From Polyangiales bacterium (GTDB taxonomy: Bacteria; Myxococcota_A; Polyangia; Polyangiales; Ga0077539), in contig JBGARZ010000025.1 in assembly GCA_044229975.1 (NCBI GenBank), positions 32,001 to 96,000 of the forward strand: a DNA stretch of 64,000 bases. The letters run 5' to 3'. Below, piece after piece: positions 19,776 to 29,495 of the stretch. Made by a program: the position numbers and the translations under genes. A model generated the notes under the pieces. The model was not told the origin of the DNA, searched no databases, and worked only from the letters and a program-made list of their open reading frames with translations. Position 1 is the first letter of the stretch, and each line of letters opens with the position of its first letter.

Positions 19776-20192
19776 ATGGTTTCCACCCTGTTCAGTTCGT
19801 CCGCTCGCTGGGTGCCGTGGATCGCCGCGCTCGCCCTGAGCTGCTCCCGAGGAGGTTCCGCGATGCAATCTGATTCGATTCCTGTCGCCTGCGTTCCACG
19901 AGCCCTCAGCCGCGAGGAGCGCGACCGTTCGCGAGACCTCCGTCGCGAGCTGGCAGCGGCGACGGTGGAGACGCTGAGCCTGTCGGGCGGCTACTCGTAT
20001 CGCTACCGCGCGGACGCTGACGTGTTTCGTAAGGCCGCCGAGTGGGTGACGTTGGAGCGGCGCTGCTGCCCGTTTCTGACGTTCACCTTGCGCTGGGGAG
20101 CGGGCGACGCGGCGCCGTGGCTCGACCTGACCGGCCCCGCAGGGACGCGAGAGTTCCTCCGCGCGGAGATGCCTGAACTGCCCAGGGAGTGA
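19776..20192 (+). CDS. Putative lipoprotein with vicinal Cys ([10 protein letters not shown]), MerR target
   Basis: LALSC lipobox-like; VAC and CC motifs; directly downstream of the MerR promoter. Confidence 0.7.
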   Translation: MVSTLFSSSARWVPWIAALALSCSRGGSAMQSDSIPVACVPRALSREERDRSRDLRRELAAATVETLSLSGGYSYRYRADADVFRKAAEWVTLERRCCPFLTFTLRWGAGDAAPWLDLTGPAGTREFLRAEMPELPRE

Positions 20193-20206
20193 CCGCGCAG
20201 TGGCGA

Positions 20207-20743
20207 TCACGCCGCGGGCTTCGTACCGAGCGTGGCGGCACATCCCAGAAGCAGACCGACGCCCGCGGCGATCACCCCGAGTGTGCCGAGCCCGATGCAC
20301 CCGAGGCTGCTGGCGAGGAACGCCACCCCGACCGCCGCGGCTCCGCGCGGTAGGCGGTCCTGTGCGCGCAGGCCGCGCACGCCGATCCAGGCGCCCGCGG
20401 CGAGACCGGCAGCGAGGCAGATCGCCGTGCAGGCCGAGAGCAGCTGGCCGTTTGCGCAGTGGGGTGCGGCCCGGGCCGCGATGAGGCCCGCCAGCAGGGG
20501 GAGGGTGCCGGTGACGAGGCCGTCCGTGACGCTCTCGACGCCGCGACGGCTGCGCCACCGGAGGAGCACGCTCACGACCACGAGTACGACGCCCAGGCAT
20601 CCGCACGCCTCCCGTTGTCCGGTCGCAAGCGCGCAGACGAGACTCATTGGGACGAGGTACAGCGACGCGCGCGCGGCGACGCGCAGTCGCCCGAGCTCGT
20701 AGGCGCGCAGCCCGCTGGCCATGAGCTGTTCACGGTTCACCAT
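20207..20743 (-). CDS. Cys-rich multi-TM protein, probable anti-sigma factor
   Basis: Overlaps the ECF stop; RAYELGR N-terminus; several TM segments with Cys. Confidence 0.65.
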   Translation of the reverse strand: MVNREQLMASGLRAYELGRLRVAARASLYLVPMSLVCALATGQREACGCLGVVLVVVSVLLRWRSRRGVESVTDGLVTGTLPLLAGLIAARAAPHCANGQLLSACTAICLAAGLAAGAWIGVRGLRAQDRLPRGAAAVGVAFLASSLGCIGLGTLGVIAAGVGLLLGCAATLGTKPAA

Positions 20744-21263
20744 GGATGCTCCTCCAGAGTCCGCGCAGTCGATCGAGCGCGCGCTGCTTTCGTTTGCGAA
20801 GGGTGGGGCCAACGCCATCGACGGGACCCGACAGGCCCAGGGCGCGCCGATCCTCCTCGGAGAGTTCGCCCAGCGCGAGCTCCAACGCGGTGGCGAGCGC
20901 GCGTTGATGAAGCTGTTCCTCCTGCGAGTCGGCGGGGTCGGGCACGCCCGAAAGCGACTCGTCGCTGGGCACCTCCCGGCGGCGTTGGACCCGGCGACGG
21001 TGCGTCATGATCTCGTACCCCGCGATCCCGAACGCCCACGAGAGCGCGTCGCGGGATCGGTCGAAGTCCCCCGTGCGTGAACAGATTCGGAGGAAGACGT
21101 TCTGGGCGACGTCTTCGGCGTCGGCCTCGTTTCCCACACCACGTTGAGCGAAGGCGAGAATCACCGGCCAGAGCTCATCGAGCAGGACGGGAAAGGCGGC
21201 CCGGTCCCCATCGGAGAGCCGCACCATCGCGTCGTGGATGGCTCTTCGACGGGCTGCGTCCAT
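20730..21263 (-). CDS. ECF sigma factor
   Basis: MVRLSDGDRAAF, DAEDVAQNVFL, WAFGIA, LRKRKQRA. Confidence 0.85.
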   Translation of the reverse strand: MDAARRRAIHDAMVRLSDGDRAAFPVLLDELWPVILAFAQRGVGNEADAEDVAQNVFLRICSRTGDFDRSRDALSWAFGIAGYEIMTHRRRVQRRREVPSDESLSGVPDPADSQEEQLHQRALATALELALGELSEEDRRALGLSGPVDGVGPTLRKRKQRALDRLRGLWRSIHGEP

Positions 21264-21441
21264 GGGCGCTTCATCCTATCGGGGACGCCGCCGGGTCGGC
21301 GCGGAACCCGATGTCTCCGCTACGGTAGGCGGCTGCCCGGGAGGCGTGACCCGGATTTCGCGCACCCGTTGGGTCACGATGGCGTCGGGCTCCGCCTAGT
21401 GGTCGCGAACGACCCGCATCGGGTCTGTCACGGAGCTGCGC

Positions 21442-21765
21442 ATGCACACGACTGAAAACAAACCGAAGCCCGAACCGATCTTGTCGAAGCGTCGCCTCGG
21501 GTGGGCTGGAATCGCGGCATTCATCGGTTGCGCGGCCTGCTGCGCGCTTCCCCTGCTCGTGCTCGCCTTCGCCGGTACCGGGGCATCCGCGATGGTTGCC
21601 AGGGTCGTGAGACCGGGCACCGAGTTGGTCGTCGGCGTCGTGGTCTTTGCCGTCACGCTCGGGGCGCTGGTGATTCGAGGACGCACTACGGTGACGCGAG
21701 GATGCGGACCGACCTGCAAGACCGACGGCAGTTGCTGCGGCGGAGTGAGCAGCGCCGGAGCGTGA
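21442..21765 (+). CDS. Small two-TM metal-binding protein (MerT/MerF-like)
   Basis: GCAACCALP in TM1; C-terminal CGPTC...SCC. Confidence 0.65.
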   Translation: MHTTENKPKPEPILSKRRLGWAGIAAFIGCAACCALPLLVLAFAGTGASAMVARVVRPGTELVVGVVVFAVTLGALVIRGRTTVTRGCGPTCKTDGSCCGGVSSAGA

Positions 21766-21813
21766 GACGCTCGACCCCGAGGACGGGTTGACGAGCCTGG
21801 CCTAGCGACTCTT

Positions 21814-22182
21814 TCAGTCGGACGTGGCGCTCGCCTTACGGATGCGCGCGTCGAGGTCGGGCGGGACGGGCATGCGCGCGAACGGGCTCACGTTGGAGCC
21901 GCCCGTGTTGCCGCGCGGAACCCAGCCGAAGGCCGTCTTCGTCGCGGCACCGACGATGCGCAGCACCTGCCCGGCGCACTCCCGCGCGTCCCGGTGCCGC
22001 AGCCCCCAGAGGAACATGCGCCAGTGGACGCGGACGTGCTCGACCGTTGAGGGCTGGCCCAGCACATGGGCCCGCTCCAGGCAGGCAAACGCCTCGGCGC
22101 CGCGCCCCTGCGCCTCAGCCTCGGCGGCGGCGAGGAGTTCGGCCTCGACGTACGGGCGGATGGCGCGGCGAAAGGACCTCAC
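21814..22182 (-). CDS. DUF3703 domain protein
   Basis: LERAHVLGQ, HVRVHWRM, VPRGNTGGSNVS. Confidence 0.85.
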   Translation of the reverse strand: MRSFRRAIRPYVEAELLAAAEAEAQGRGAEAFACLERAHVLGQPSTVEHVRVHWRMFLWGLRHRDARECAGQVLRIVGAATKTAFGWVPRGNTGGSNVSPFARMPVPPDLDARIRKASATSD

Positions 22183-22213
22183 GGACCGATCCTCCGAGGC
22201 TCTCGGTTCGTGG

Positions 22214-24409
22214 TCAAGGCGTCGGCCGCTCGGTTTGCACAGCCATCAGCCGTAGCCCGTTGGCGACCACGAGGAGCGTCGTGCCCATGTCGGCGAGCAC
22301 GGCCATCCACATCGTCGCCACGCCCGCGAGGGCCAGCACGAAGAACACCGCCTTGCTGCCGATGGCGAGCGCGAGGTTCTGCTTCAACACCGCGGCGGTC
22401 CGTCGGCTGAGGCGGATGAACTCCGGCAGCGAGCGCAGGTCGTCGCGCATCAGGGCCACGTCGGCGGTCTCGATCGCGGTGTCCGTGCCCGCGGCGCCCA
22501 TCGCGAAGCCCACGGTGGCGGCCGCCAGCGCGGGCGCGTCGTTGATCCCGTCGCCCACCATGCCGACGCTCCCGTGCGCCGCGCGCAGCGCCTCGATCGC
22601 GGCGCGTTTCTGCTCGGGGAGCAGTGCGCCGCGTGCATCGTCGATGCCCACTGCGCGCGCGATCGCCTCCGCCGTGACCTGGTTGTCGCCGCTCAGGAGG
22701 ACCGTTCGTACGCCCAGCGCGTGCAACTCGCGCAGCGCCAGCACGCTGGTCTCGCGGGGCGCGTCGGCGACGGCGAGCACGGCCAGCGCCGAGGTGCCTC
22801 GCACGAGCACGGCGGTCGTTCGGCCTTGAGCCTCCTGCGCCCTCAACGCGGCTTCGACGTCAGGACCACACGCTCCCAATTCCTCGGAGAACCGTTGATT
22901 GCCGAGGGCATATGCCTCGCCGCCGATGCGCCCCCGCACGCCTCGCCCCGGCACGGCGGCGAAGTCTTCCACTGGGTCGAGGTTGTCCGACCAGGCCGCG
23001 GTGATGGCGCGCGCGACGGGGTGGTCCGAGCCCGCGTCGAGGCTTGCGGCGAGGCGCAAGGCCTGGTCGCGAGTGCCGACCAGGACGGCGACCTCCACCA
23101 GCCGTGGCCTGCCCTCTGTGATCGTTCCGGTCTTGTCGAACGCCACGACCGCGAGCCCGCGGCCCTGCTCCAGGTGGACGCCGCCCTTCACCAGGATCCC
23201 GCGTCGCGCCGCGACCGCGAGCCCGCTCACGATGGTGACGGGGGTGGAGATCACGAGCGCGCAGGGGCAGGCGATCACCAGAAGCACCAGCGCCTTGCCC
23301 AGCCAGACCGACAGGGGCTGGTGGAAGAGCAACGGCGGGAGGACGGCGACCAGCGCCGCCAACCCGAAGACGGCGGGCGTGTAGCGCTGCGCGAAGCGGT
23401 CCACGAAGCGCTGCGTGGGCGCGCGCTGCGCCTGGGCCTCCTGCACGCTGCGGACGATGCGGGCGAGGGTGGTGTCGTCGCGGCCGCCCGTGGTGCGGAA
23501 CTCCAGGAGCCCCTCGCCGTTGATCGATCCGGCGAAGACCGCGTCACCCACGCCCTTGGCGACCGCGGTGCTCTCACCAGTGATCGGTGCCTGATCGACC
23601 GACGAGTTCCCCGCCGTGACCACGCCGTCCAGGGGCAGACGCTCGCCCGGCCGTACCCGTACAACGGTGCCCGCGGTCACGCGCGCGGCATCCGTCTCGC
23701 GCCACGCGCCGTCCTCGCCCTTCACGCTCGCCGTGTCAGGGCTCAGGGTCATCAGCGAGCGGACGGCGCGGCGCGCCCGATCAAGCGAGTACGCCTCGAC
23801 GAGCTCCGCGACCGCGAACAGAAACACCACGACGGCGGCCTCGGGCCACTGGCCTAGCGCAGCCGCGCCGAGCACGGCGGTGCTCATCAGGAGGTGGATG
23901 TTGAGCGTGACGGTGCGCAGGGCCGTCAGTCCCTTGCGCAGCGTTGGCAGTCCGCCGAGCGCGATGGAGGTCAGAGCCGCGGCGATGACCGGCGCGGAGG
24001 CCTCGCGTGCGCCCGTCCAGACGGCGGCCTCGGCGCCGAGCGCGAGCGCGCCCGCGGCGGCCAGCCGAGCCCACGTCTCGCGCGTCGCGACGACCCGCGC
24101 TGCGGCGGTTCGAGCCGGGGGTAGCGAGGCACGCGCGGGGGGCGCGCATCCCCCGCAGGCGTCGCCCGCGCAGCCCCCTGACCGAGCTGGTGCGTCCCCC
24201 TCGGGCGTCGGGGCCGGGGCCATGCCGACGTCGGCGAGGGCCGCAACGATTGGCGCGTCGGAGGCGAGGGCGTGGTCCACCGTCAGCCGCTGGTTGAACA
24301 GGTCGAACGCCAGGGAGGTGACCCCGGGGAGGGCGCCCAGGCGGCGGCGGATCACGGCCTCTTCCGCCGGGCAGTCCATCGCAGGGATCGTGTAGGACTG
24401 GCGGATCAT
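22214..24409 (-). CDS. cadA: Heavy-metal P1B-type ATPase (CadA/ZntA type)
   Basis: HMA domain MDCPAEE, TGES, CPCALVISTP, DKTGT, HP, GDGINDAPALA. Confidence 0.93.
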   Translation of the reverse strand: MIRQSYTIPAMDCPAEEAVIRRRLGALPGVTSLAFDLFNQRLTVDHALASDAPIVAALADVGMAPAPTPEGDAPARSGGCAGDACGGCAPPARASLPPARTAAARVVATRETWARLAAAGALALGAEAAVWTGAREASAPVIAAALTSIALGGLPTLRKGLTALRTVTLNIHLLMSTAVLGAAALGQWPEAAVVVFLFAVAELVEAYSLDRARRAVRSLMTLSPDTASVKGEDGAWRETDAARVTAGTVVRVRPGERLPLDGVVTAGNSSVDQAPITGESTAVAKGVGDAVFAGSINGEGLLEFRTTGGRDDTTLARIVRSVQEAQAQRAPTQRFVDRFAQRYTPAVFGLAALVAVLPPLLFHQPLSVWLGKALVLLVIACPCALVISTPVTIVSGLAVAARRGILVKGGVHLEQGRGLAVVAFDKTGTITEGRPRLVEVAVLVGTRDQALRLAASLDAGSDHPVARAITAAWSDNLDPVEDFAAVPGRGVRGRIGGEAYALGNQRFSEELGACGPDVEAALRAQEAQGRTTAVLVRGTSALAVLAVADAPRETSVLALRELHALGVRTVLLSGDNQVTAEAIARAVGIDDARGALLPEQKRAAIEALRAAHGSVGMVGDGINDAPALAAATVGFAMGAAGTDTAIETADVALMRDDLRSLPEFIRLSRRTAAVLKQNLALAIGSKAVFFVLALAGVATMWMAVLADMGTTLLVVANGLRLMAVQTERPTP

Positions 24410-24432
24410 GGGACCTCGCTGGGGGCAGGACG

Positions 24433-24516
24433 CATGAACGACGATTGATGTGTCGTCGCGCTTGCGAAAAAGACGGGGCTAGGTACGCTCGCGACTCATG
24501 ATCAGTTCTTCATATG
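24433..24516. promoter_or_regulatory. Two SmtB/CadC-type operator boxes in the divergent promoter region
   Basis: CATGAACGACGATTGATGTG 24433-52 and CATGATCAGTTCTTCATATG 24497-516, both resembling ATGAA...TTCAT. Confidence 0.65.
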
Positions 24517-24944
24517 ATGATTCCGTCACTTGTGCTCCGCAAGGCACGACCGCCCGCTGCCAGAACGCCTGCGGTCAGGTGTGCGACGTCGAGGTCATCC
24601 ACGCCGACGCGGTGCGCACCGCCCGGGCGGCCCTGCCCACGGCCTCCGAGCAGGCCGCGCTGGCGAAGCTGTTCTCGCTGTTCTCCAACCCGACCCGTAT
24701 GAACCTGCTGGTGGCGCTCCGCTCCGTCGTCGGTGCCGAGAAGCCCGAGCTCTGCGTGTGCGACCTCGTCGCGATCACCGGCGCGTCGCAGTCGATGGTG
24801 AGCCACCAGCTCGGCCTGCTCCGCGAGGCGAAGCTCGCCCTCAGCCGCCGTGCCGGGCGGTTGGTCTATTACCGACTCGCGGAGGGTCCGCTCGCTGCCC
24901 TGCTCGACGACGCCCTCCGGGCCGTCCGCAAGGAGGCCGCATGA
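24498..24944 (+). CDS. ArsR/SmtB-family metal sensor (CadC-like)
   Basis: CDVEVIH, SNPTR, ELCVCDL, SQSMVSHQL, VYYRL; the true start is probably further downstream. Confidence 0.88.
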   Translation: MISSSYDDSVTCAPQGTTARCQNACGQVCDVEVIHADAVRTARAALPTASEQAALAKLFSLFSNPTRMNLLVALRSVVGAEKPELCVCDLVAITGASQSMVSHQLGLLREAKLALSRRAGRLVYYRLAEGPLAALLDDALRAVRKEAA

Positions 24945-26389
24945 GCTCTCCAGCGCACCGCGCTCTGCGTCTTCTTGCATTGCTGCTCTTCGCGACCCTC
25001 GTCGGGGCGTGTTCGCGCCGTGAGTCCCCAGCACCTGCTGCTCGGGCCGCGGCGCCGACGGCGTCGGCACAGACGTTCCACGGCGGTCCGGCGGCCCACC
25101 CCAACGATTGGTGCGGCGGTCACGGCGTGCCGGAGTCCGAATGCACGCGCTGCAACCCGGAGCTGATCCCGCAGTTCCAGGCGCGCCACGACTGGTGCGG
25201 CGAGCACAACGTCCCCGAGTCGCAGTGCGCCGCGTGCCACCCTGAGCTGCTGCGCCAGGGCGTCGCGGCACCGCGGCCACGCGGCGCGCCTGCGCAACCC
25301 GGTGAGCACGGCGATCGCACCCCCACCGGTGACGCCAGCGTGGGGCTCGCTCCCGGGACGACGGTGCGCCTCGCCTCGCCGGAGGTCGCCGCGCGGGTCG
25401 GTGTCGAGACGGTGACGGCCGCGAACCGGCCGCTCGCCGATGAGGTCTCGGTGCCCGCGCGTCTCGCCTTCGACCCGACGCGCCTCGCGCGGGTTTCCGC
25501 GCGCGTTCCGGGCGTCGTGCGCGCGATGGCTGTGGGCGTCGGCGACGTCGTGCGCCCGGGCGACCTCTTGCTCTCGCTCGACAGCGCGACGGCCGCCGCG
25601 ACGCGCGCCGAGGTCGGGGCCGCCCAGACCCGCGCGCGCACCGCCGAAGCCGCGCTCCAACGCTCGCGTGCCCTCCAGGGCGAGGGGGTCGGGAGCCGCG
25701 CGGACGTGGAGCGCGCGGAGACCGAGCTCGCCGCCGCGCGGGCGTCGCTCACCAGCTTCGTGGCTGCGGGGACGGCTGTCAGCGGGACCGGTCGGGCCGT
25801 GCGGGTGCTCTCACCGCGCGCGGGGGTCGTCGTCGCGCGCAGCGCGTCCGTGGGCCAGCAGGTGACCGCTGAGGAGGTCCTCGTCGAGGTCGCCGACCTC
25901 TCGCGGATGTGGGCCCTCCTCGACGTGCCCGACGCCCAGGCGCCGCGGCTCGGCGTCGGCCAGGCCGTGACCATCGAGCTCGACGGCTTCGCCGCGCCGC
26001 TCGTCGGGACGATCGCATTCCTCGCTCCGATGGTCGATCCGCACACGCGCACCGTCGAGGCCCGCGTCGAGCTCCCCAATCCCGACGGCCGCCTGCGCGC
26101 CAACGCCTTCGGGCGCGCGCGGGTCACGGTCGCAGTTGCCACGAACGGCGTGGTGCTGCCACGCGACGCACTCCAGCGGGTCGAGGCAGAGGACGTCGTG
26201 TTCGTGGAGCGCTCGCCCGCCGTCTACGAGGCTCGCGTGGTGGCCGTCGCTCGCCGCACCGCCGACGAGGTGTTGCTGCGAGAGGGCGTCGCGCCCGGCG
26301 ATCGGGTGGTCACCACCGGTGGCTTTCAGTTGAAGACCGAGATCCTGCGCGGGAGCATCGGCGCGGGCTGCTGCGACGACGAAGGCTGA
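24941..26389 (+). CDS. czcB: RND periplasmic adaptor (CzcB-like) with N-terminal Cys/His repeats
   Basis: Lipobox VGAC; two WCxxHxVPESxCxxC repeats; VDPHTRT, LRANAF; C-terminal GCC. Confidence 0.88.
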   Translation: MSSPAHRALRLLALLLFATLVGACSRRESPAPAARAAAPTASAQTFHGGPAAHPNDWCGGHGVPESECTRCNPELIPQFQARHDWCGEHNVPESQCAACHPELLRQGVAAPRPRGAPAQPGEHGDRTPTGDASVGLAPGTTVRLASPEVAARVGVETVTAANRPLADEVSVPARLAFDPTRLARVSARVPGVVRAMAVGVGDVVRPGDLLLSLDSATAAATRAEVGAAQTRARTAEAALQRSRALQGEGVGSRADVERAETELAAARASLTSFVAAGTAVSGTGRAVRVLSPRAGVVVARSASVGQQVTAEEVLVEVADLSRMWALLDVPDAQAPRLGVGQAVTIELDGFAAPLVGTIAFLAPMVDPHTRTVEARVELPNPDGRLRANAFGRARVTVAVATNGVVLPRDALQRVEAEDVVFVERSPAVYEARVVAVARRTADEVLLREGVAPGDRVVTTGGFQLKTEILRGSIGAGCCDDEG

Positions 26390-26396
26390 GGCCGCG

Positions 26397-29300
26397 GTGC
26401 TCGGCTCGCTGATCGCGCTCTCGCTGCGGCACCGGTTCGCGGTGCTGGCCCTCACGGCGGCGATGGCTGCCCTGGGCGTGTGGTCGCTGCGCGACCTGCC
26501 CATCGACGCGTTCCCAGACACGACGCCGGTGCAGGTGCAGGTCAACACCGTGGCGCCCGCCCTCGGCCCCGAAGAGATCGAGCGCCTGGTGACCTTCCCT
26601 GTCGAGCAGTCGCTCTCGGGGCTGCCAGGGCTGGTCGAGGTCCGCTCGCTGTCGCGCTTCGGTCTTTCGCAGGTGACGGCCCTCTTCGAAGACGGCACCG
26701 ACCTCTACCGCGCGCGCCAGGTCGTGGGCGAACGCATGGCCACCGCGCGGCTACCCGAGCGCCTCGGGCCACCCGCGCTCGGTCCCGCGGCGACGGGCCT
26801 TGGCGAGGTCTTTCACTACCTCGTGACGGGGCGGGGGAAGTCGCTCGCGGAGCTGCGCACCGTCCACGACTGGATCCTCCGACCGCAACTGCGCTCGGTG
26901 CGCGGGGTCGCCGAGGTGAACACCTGGGGCGGCGAGGAACGGCGCGTGGAGGTCCGCGTCGATCCGGTCGAGCTTCGGCGTCGCGGCCTCGCGCTGCACG
27001 ACGTGGCCGAGGCGCTGCGGCGCAGCCACGGCAGCGAGGGCGGCGGCCGACTCCACCAGTCGGGCGAGGCGACGCTCGTGCAGGGCGTGGCGCTGCTGAC
27101 CACGCTCGCAGACGTCGAGGGCGTCGTGATCGGCGCGGAGGCCGGCGTGCCCATCCGCGTGCGGGACGTTGCGCGCGTCGTCGAGGGCGCCGAGGTGCGA
27201 CGTGGCGCCGTGACGTCGCAGGGGCAGGGCGAGGCCGTGCTGGGCCTGGGGTTCATGCTGCTCGGCGAGAACAGCCGCGAGGTGAGCGCTGCCCTGCGCG
27301 CGCGGCTGGAGGCGGCCCGCGCGTCGCTGCCACCGGGCATCGACGTCGAGGTGGTCTACGACCGGCGCACGCTCGTGGACGAGGTGCTCACCACGGTGCG
27401 CACCAACCTGCTGGAGGGCGCTTTGCTGGTCGTCCTCGTGCTCTTCGCCTTCCTGGGCAACGTGCGCGGCGGGCTCGTGGTCGCCTCGGTGATCCCGCTG
27501 GCGATGCTCTTCGCGTTCACGGCGATGCGCGTGACGGGCGTGTCGGGGAGCCTGATGAGCCTCGGCGCGATCGACTTCGGCCTCGTCGTGGATAGCGCCA
27601 TCATCGCCGTCGAGAACGCCGCTCGGCGCCTCCACGAAGACCGTGGACGCCGCCCGGTCGTGGACGTCGTGCGCGAGGCGTCGCTGGAGGTGCGCGGCCC
27701 GACGCTCTTCGGCGAGCTCGTCATCGCCATCGTGTACCTGCCGGTGCTCGCGATGGCGGGCCTGGAGGGCAAGCTGTTCCGCCCGATGGCGCTCACGGTG
27801 CTCTTCGCGCTCGCCGCCTCGATGGTGCTCTCGCTCACCTACGTGCCGGTGATGACGAGCCTCGTGTTCCGGCGCGGCCTTCGCGACGAGGAGCCACGGC
27901 TCGTCGCGTGGCTCCATCGCATCTATCGGCCTGTTGTCGAGATGGCGCTGCGCCGCCGCGGATGGGTGGTCGTGCTGGCGGTGCTGCTCGTGGCCAACGG
28001 AGCGCTGCTCGCGACGCGGCTCGGCGCCGAGTTCGTACCGCGGCTTTCGGAGGGCACGGTCGTGGTCAACACCGTGCGCCTCGCCAGCGTCGATCTCGAC
28101 GAGTCCGTTCGCTACGGCACGCAGATCGAGCGGGCGTTGCTCGCGGCCTTCCCTGACGAGATCCAACGGATCTGGACCCGCACCGGAACCGCGGAGGTCG
28201 CCACCGATCCGATGGGCGTGGAGCTCTCGGACGTCTTCGTCACGCTCCGCCCGCGTGCCCGGTGGCGTCGTGCCCGCTCGCAGGACGAACTCGTGCGGGC
28301 GATGCAATCCGCGCTGCGCGACATGCCCGGCATGCGGACGATCTTCACGCAGCCGATCGAGATGCGCGTCAACGAGATGGTCGCGGGCATCCGCGCCGAC
28401 CTCGGCATCAAGATCTTCGGCGATGACCTCGATGAGCTCCGCGCGGCCGCGCGCCGTGTGGACGCGATCGTGCGAACCATCCCAGGCAGCGCCGACGTCT
28501 CGGTCGAACAGGTGACCGGACTGCCGGTGCTGAGGGTTGAGCTCGACCAGGCGGCCGCGTCGCGCTTCGGCATCCCCGCCGAGACGGTGCTCGCCACGGT
28601 CGCCGCGCTCGCCGGGGTGGAGGTCGCCGAACTGCGCGAAGGCCAGCGACGCTTCCCGGTGTCGCTGCGCATCGAGCCCGCGCGCGCGGTGGACGCCGAG
28701 GCCATCGGCGCCCTGCTGGTGGCTGCCCCAAATGGCACGCAGGTTCCGCTGTCGCAGCTCGCGAGGCTCCGCACCGAGGCCGGCCCTTCGACCATCCAGC
28801 GGGAGTGGGCGCGTCGTCGCATCACGGTGCAGACCAACGTGCGCGACCGCGACATCGCTTCGTTCGTCGTCGAGGCCCAGCGCCGCATCGCTGCCGAGGC
28901 CCGGCTCGCGCCCGGCTACTCAGTGACCTACGGCGGTCAGTTCGAGCACTTGGAGCGCGCGCGCCACCGGCTGCTGTTCGTGGTGCCGCTCGCGTTGATG
29001 TTGGTGTTCTCGCTGCTGTACCTGACCTACGGGCGTGTGCTCGACGCGATGCGGGTGTTCACCGGCGTGCCCTTCGCGGCGCTCGGTGGCGTCGTGGCGC
29101 TGTGGCTGCGGGAGCTGCCGTTCTCGATCTCGGCGGCGGTGGGCTTCATCGCCGTGAGTGGCGTCGCCGTGCTGGGCGACATGGTGTTGGCCTCGACGAT
29201 CCGTCGCGCGCTCGATGCGGGTGTCGAGGTGCGGGAGGCCATTCGCGCGTCGGCGATGGAACGCCTGCGGCCGGTGCTGATGACGGCGCTCGTCGCGGGC

Positions 29301-29495
29301 CTGGGGTTCCTGCCGATGGCGCTCAGCCGAGGCATTGGCGCTGAGGTGCAACGACCGCTGGCGACGGTGGTGCTTGGAGGACTCGTGTCCTCGACGCTTC
29401 TCACCCTCGTCGTGCTGCCGGCGCTCTACTCCTTCCTCACCCGACCCACCGGAGGCGCGACGGACGGTGCCCAAGAGGCGACCCATGATGGCTGA
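26397..29495 (+). CDS. czcA: CusA/CzcA heavy-metal RND permease
   Basis: LPIDAFPD, GAIDFGLVVD..VEN, RLRPVLMTA, QRPLATVV. Confidence 0.95.
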   Translation: MLGSLIALSLRHRFAVLALTAAMAALGVWSLRDLPIDAFPDTTPVQVQVNTVAPALGPEEIERLVTFPVEQSLSGLPGLVEVRSLSRFGLSQVTALFEDGTDLYRARQVVGERMATARLPERLGPPALGPAATGLGEVFHYLVTGRGKSLAELRTVHDWILRPQLRSVRGVAEVNTWGGEERRVEVRVDPVELRRRGLALHDVAEALRRSHGSEGGGRLHQSGEATLVQGVALLTTLADVEGVVIGAEAGVPIRVRDVARVVEGAEVRRGAVTSQGQGEAVLGLGFMLLGENSREVSAALRARLEAARASLPPGIDVEVVYDRRTLVDEVLTTVRTNLLEGALLVVLVLFAFLGNVRGGLVVASVIPLAMLFAFTAMRVTGVSGSLMSLGAIDFGLVVDSAIIAVENAARRLHEDRGRRPVVDVVREASLEVRGPTLFGELVIAIVYLPVLAMAGLEGKLFRPMALTVLFALAASMVLSLTYVPVMTSLVFRRGLRDEEPRLVAWLHRIYRPVVEMALRRRGWVVVLAVLLVANGALLATRLGAEFVPRLSEGTVVVNTVRLASVDLDESVRYGTQIERALLAAFPDEIQRIWTRTGTAEVATDPMGVELSDVFVTLRPRARWRRARSQDELVRAMQSALRDMPGMRTIFTQPIEMRVNEMVAGIRADLGIKIFGDDLDELRAAARRVDAIVRTIPGSADVSVEQVTGLPVLRVELDQAAASRFGIPAETVLATVAALAGVEVAELREGQRRFPVSLRIEPARAVDAEAIGALLVAAPNGTQVPLSQLARLRTEAGPSTIQREWARRRITVQTNVRDRDIASFVVEAQRRIAAEARLAPGYSVTYGGQFEHLERARHRLLFVVPLALMLVFSLLYLTYGRVLDAMRVFTGVPFAALGGVVALWLRELPFSISAAVGFIAVSGVAVLGDMVLASTIRRALDAGVEVREAIRASAMERLRPVLMTALVAGLGFLPMALSRGIGAEVQRPLATVVLGGLVSSTLLTLVVLPALYSFLTRPTGGATDGAQEATHDG

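Noticed and set aside
25090..25250. Direct repeat that could resemble an array
   Set aside because: Two coding repeats of the WCxxHxVPES motif; no spacer structure and no cas genes
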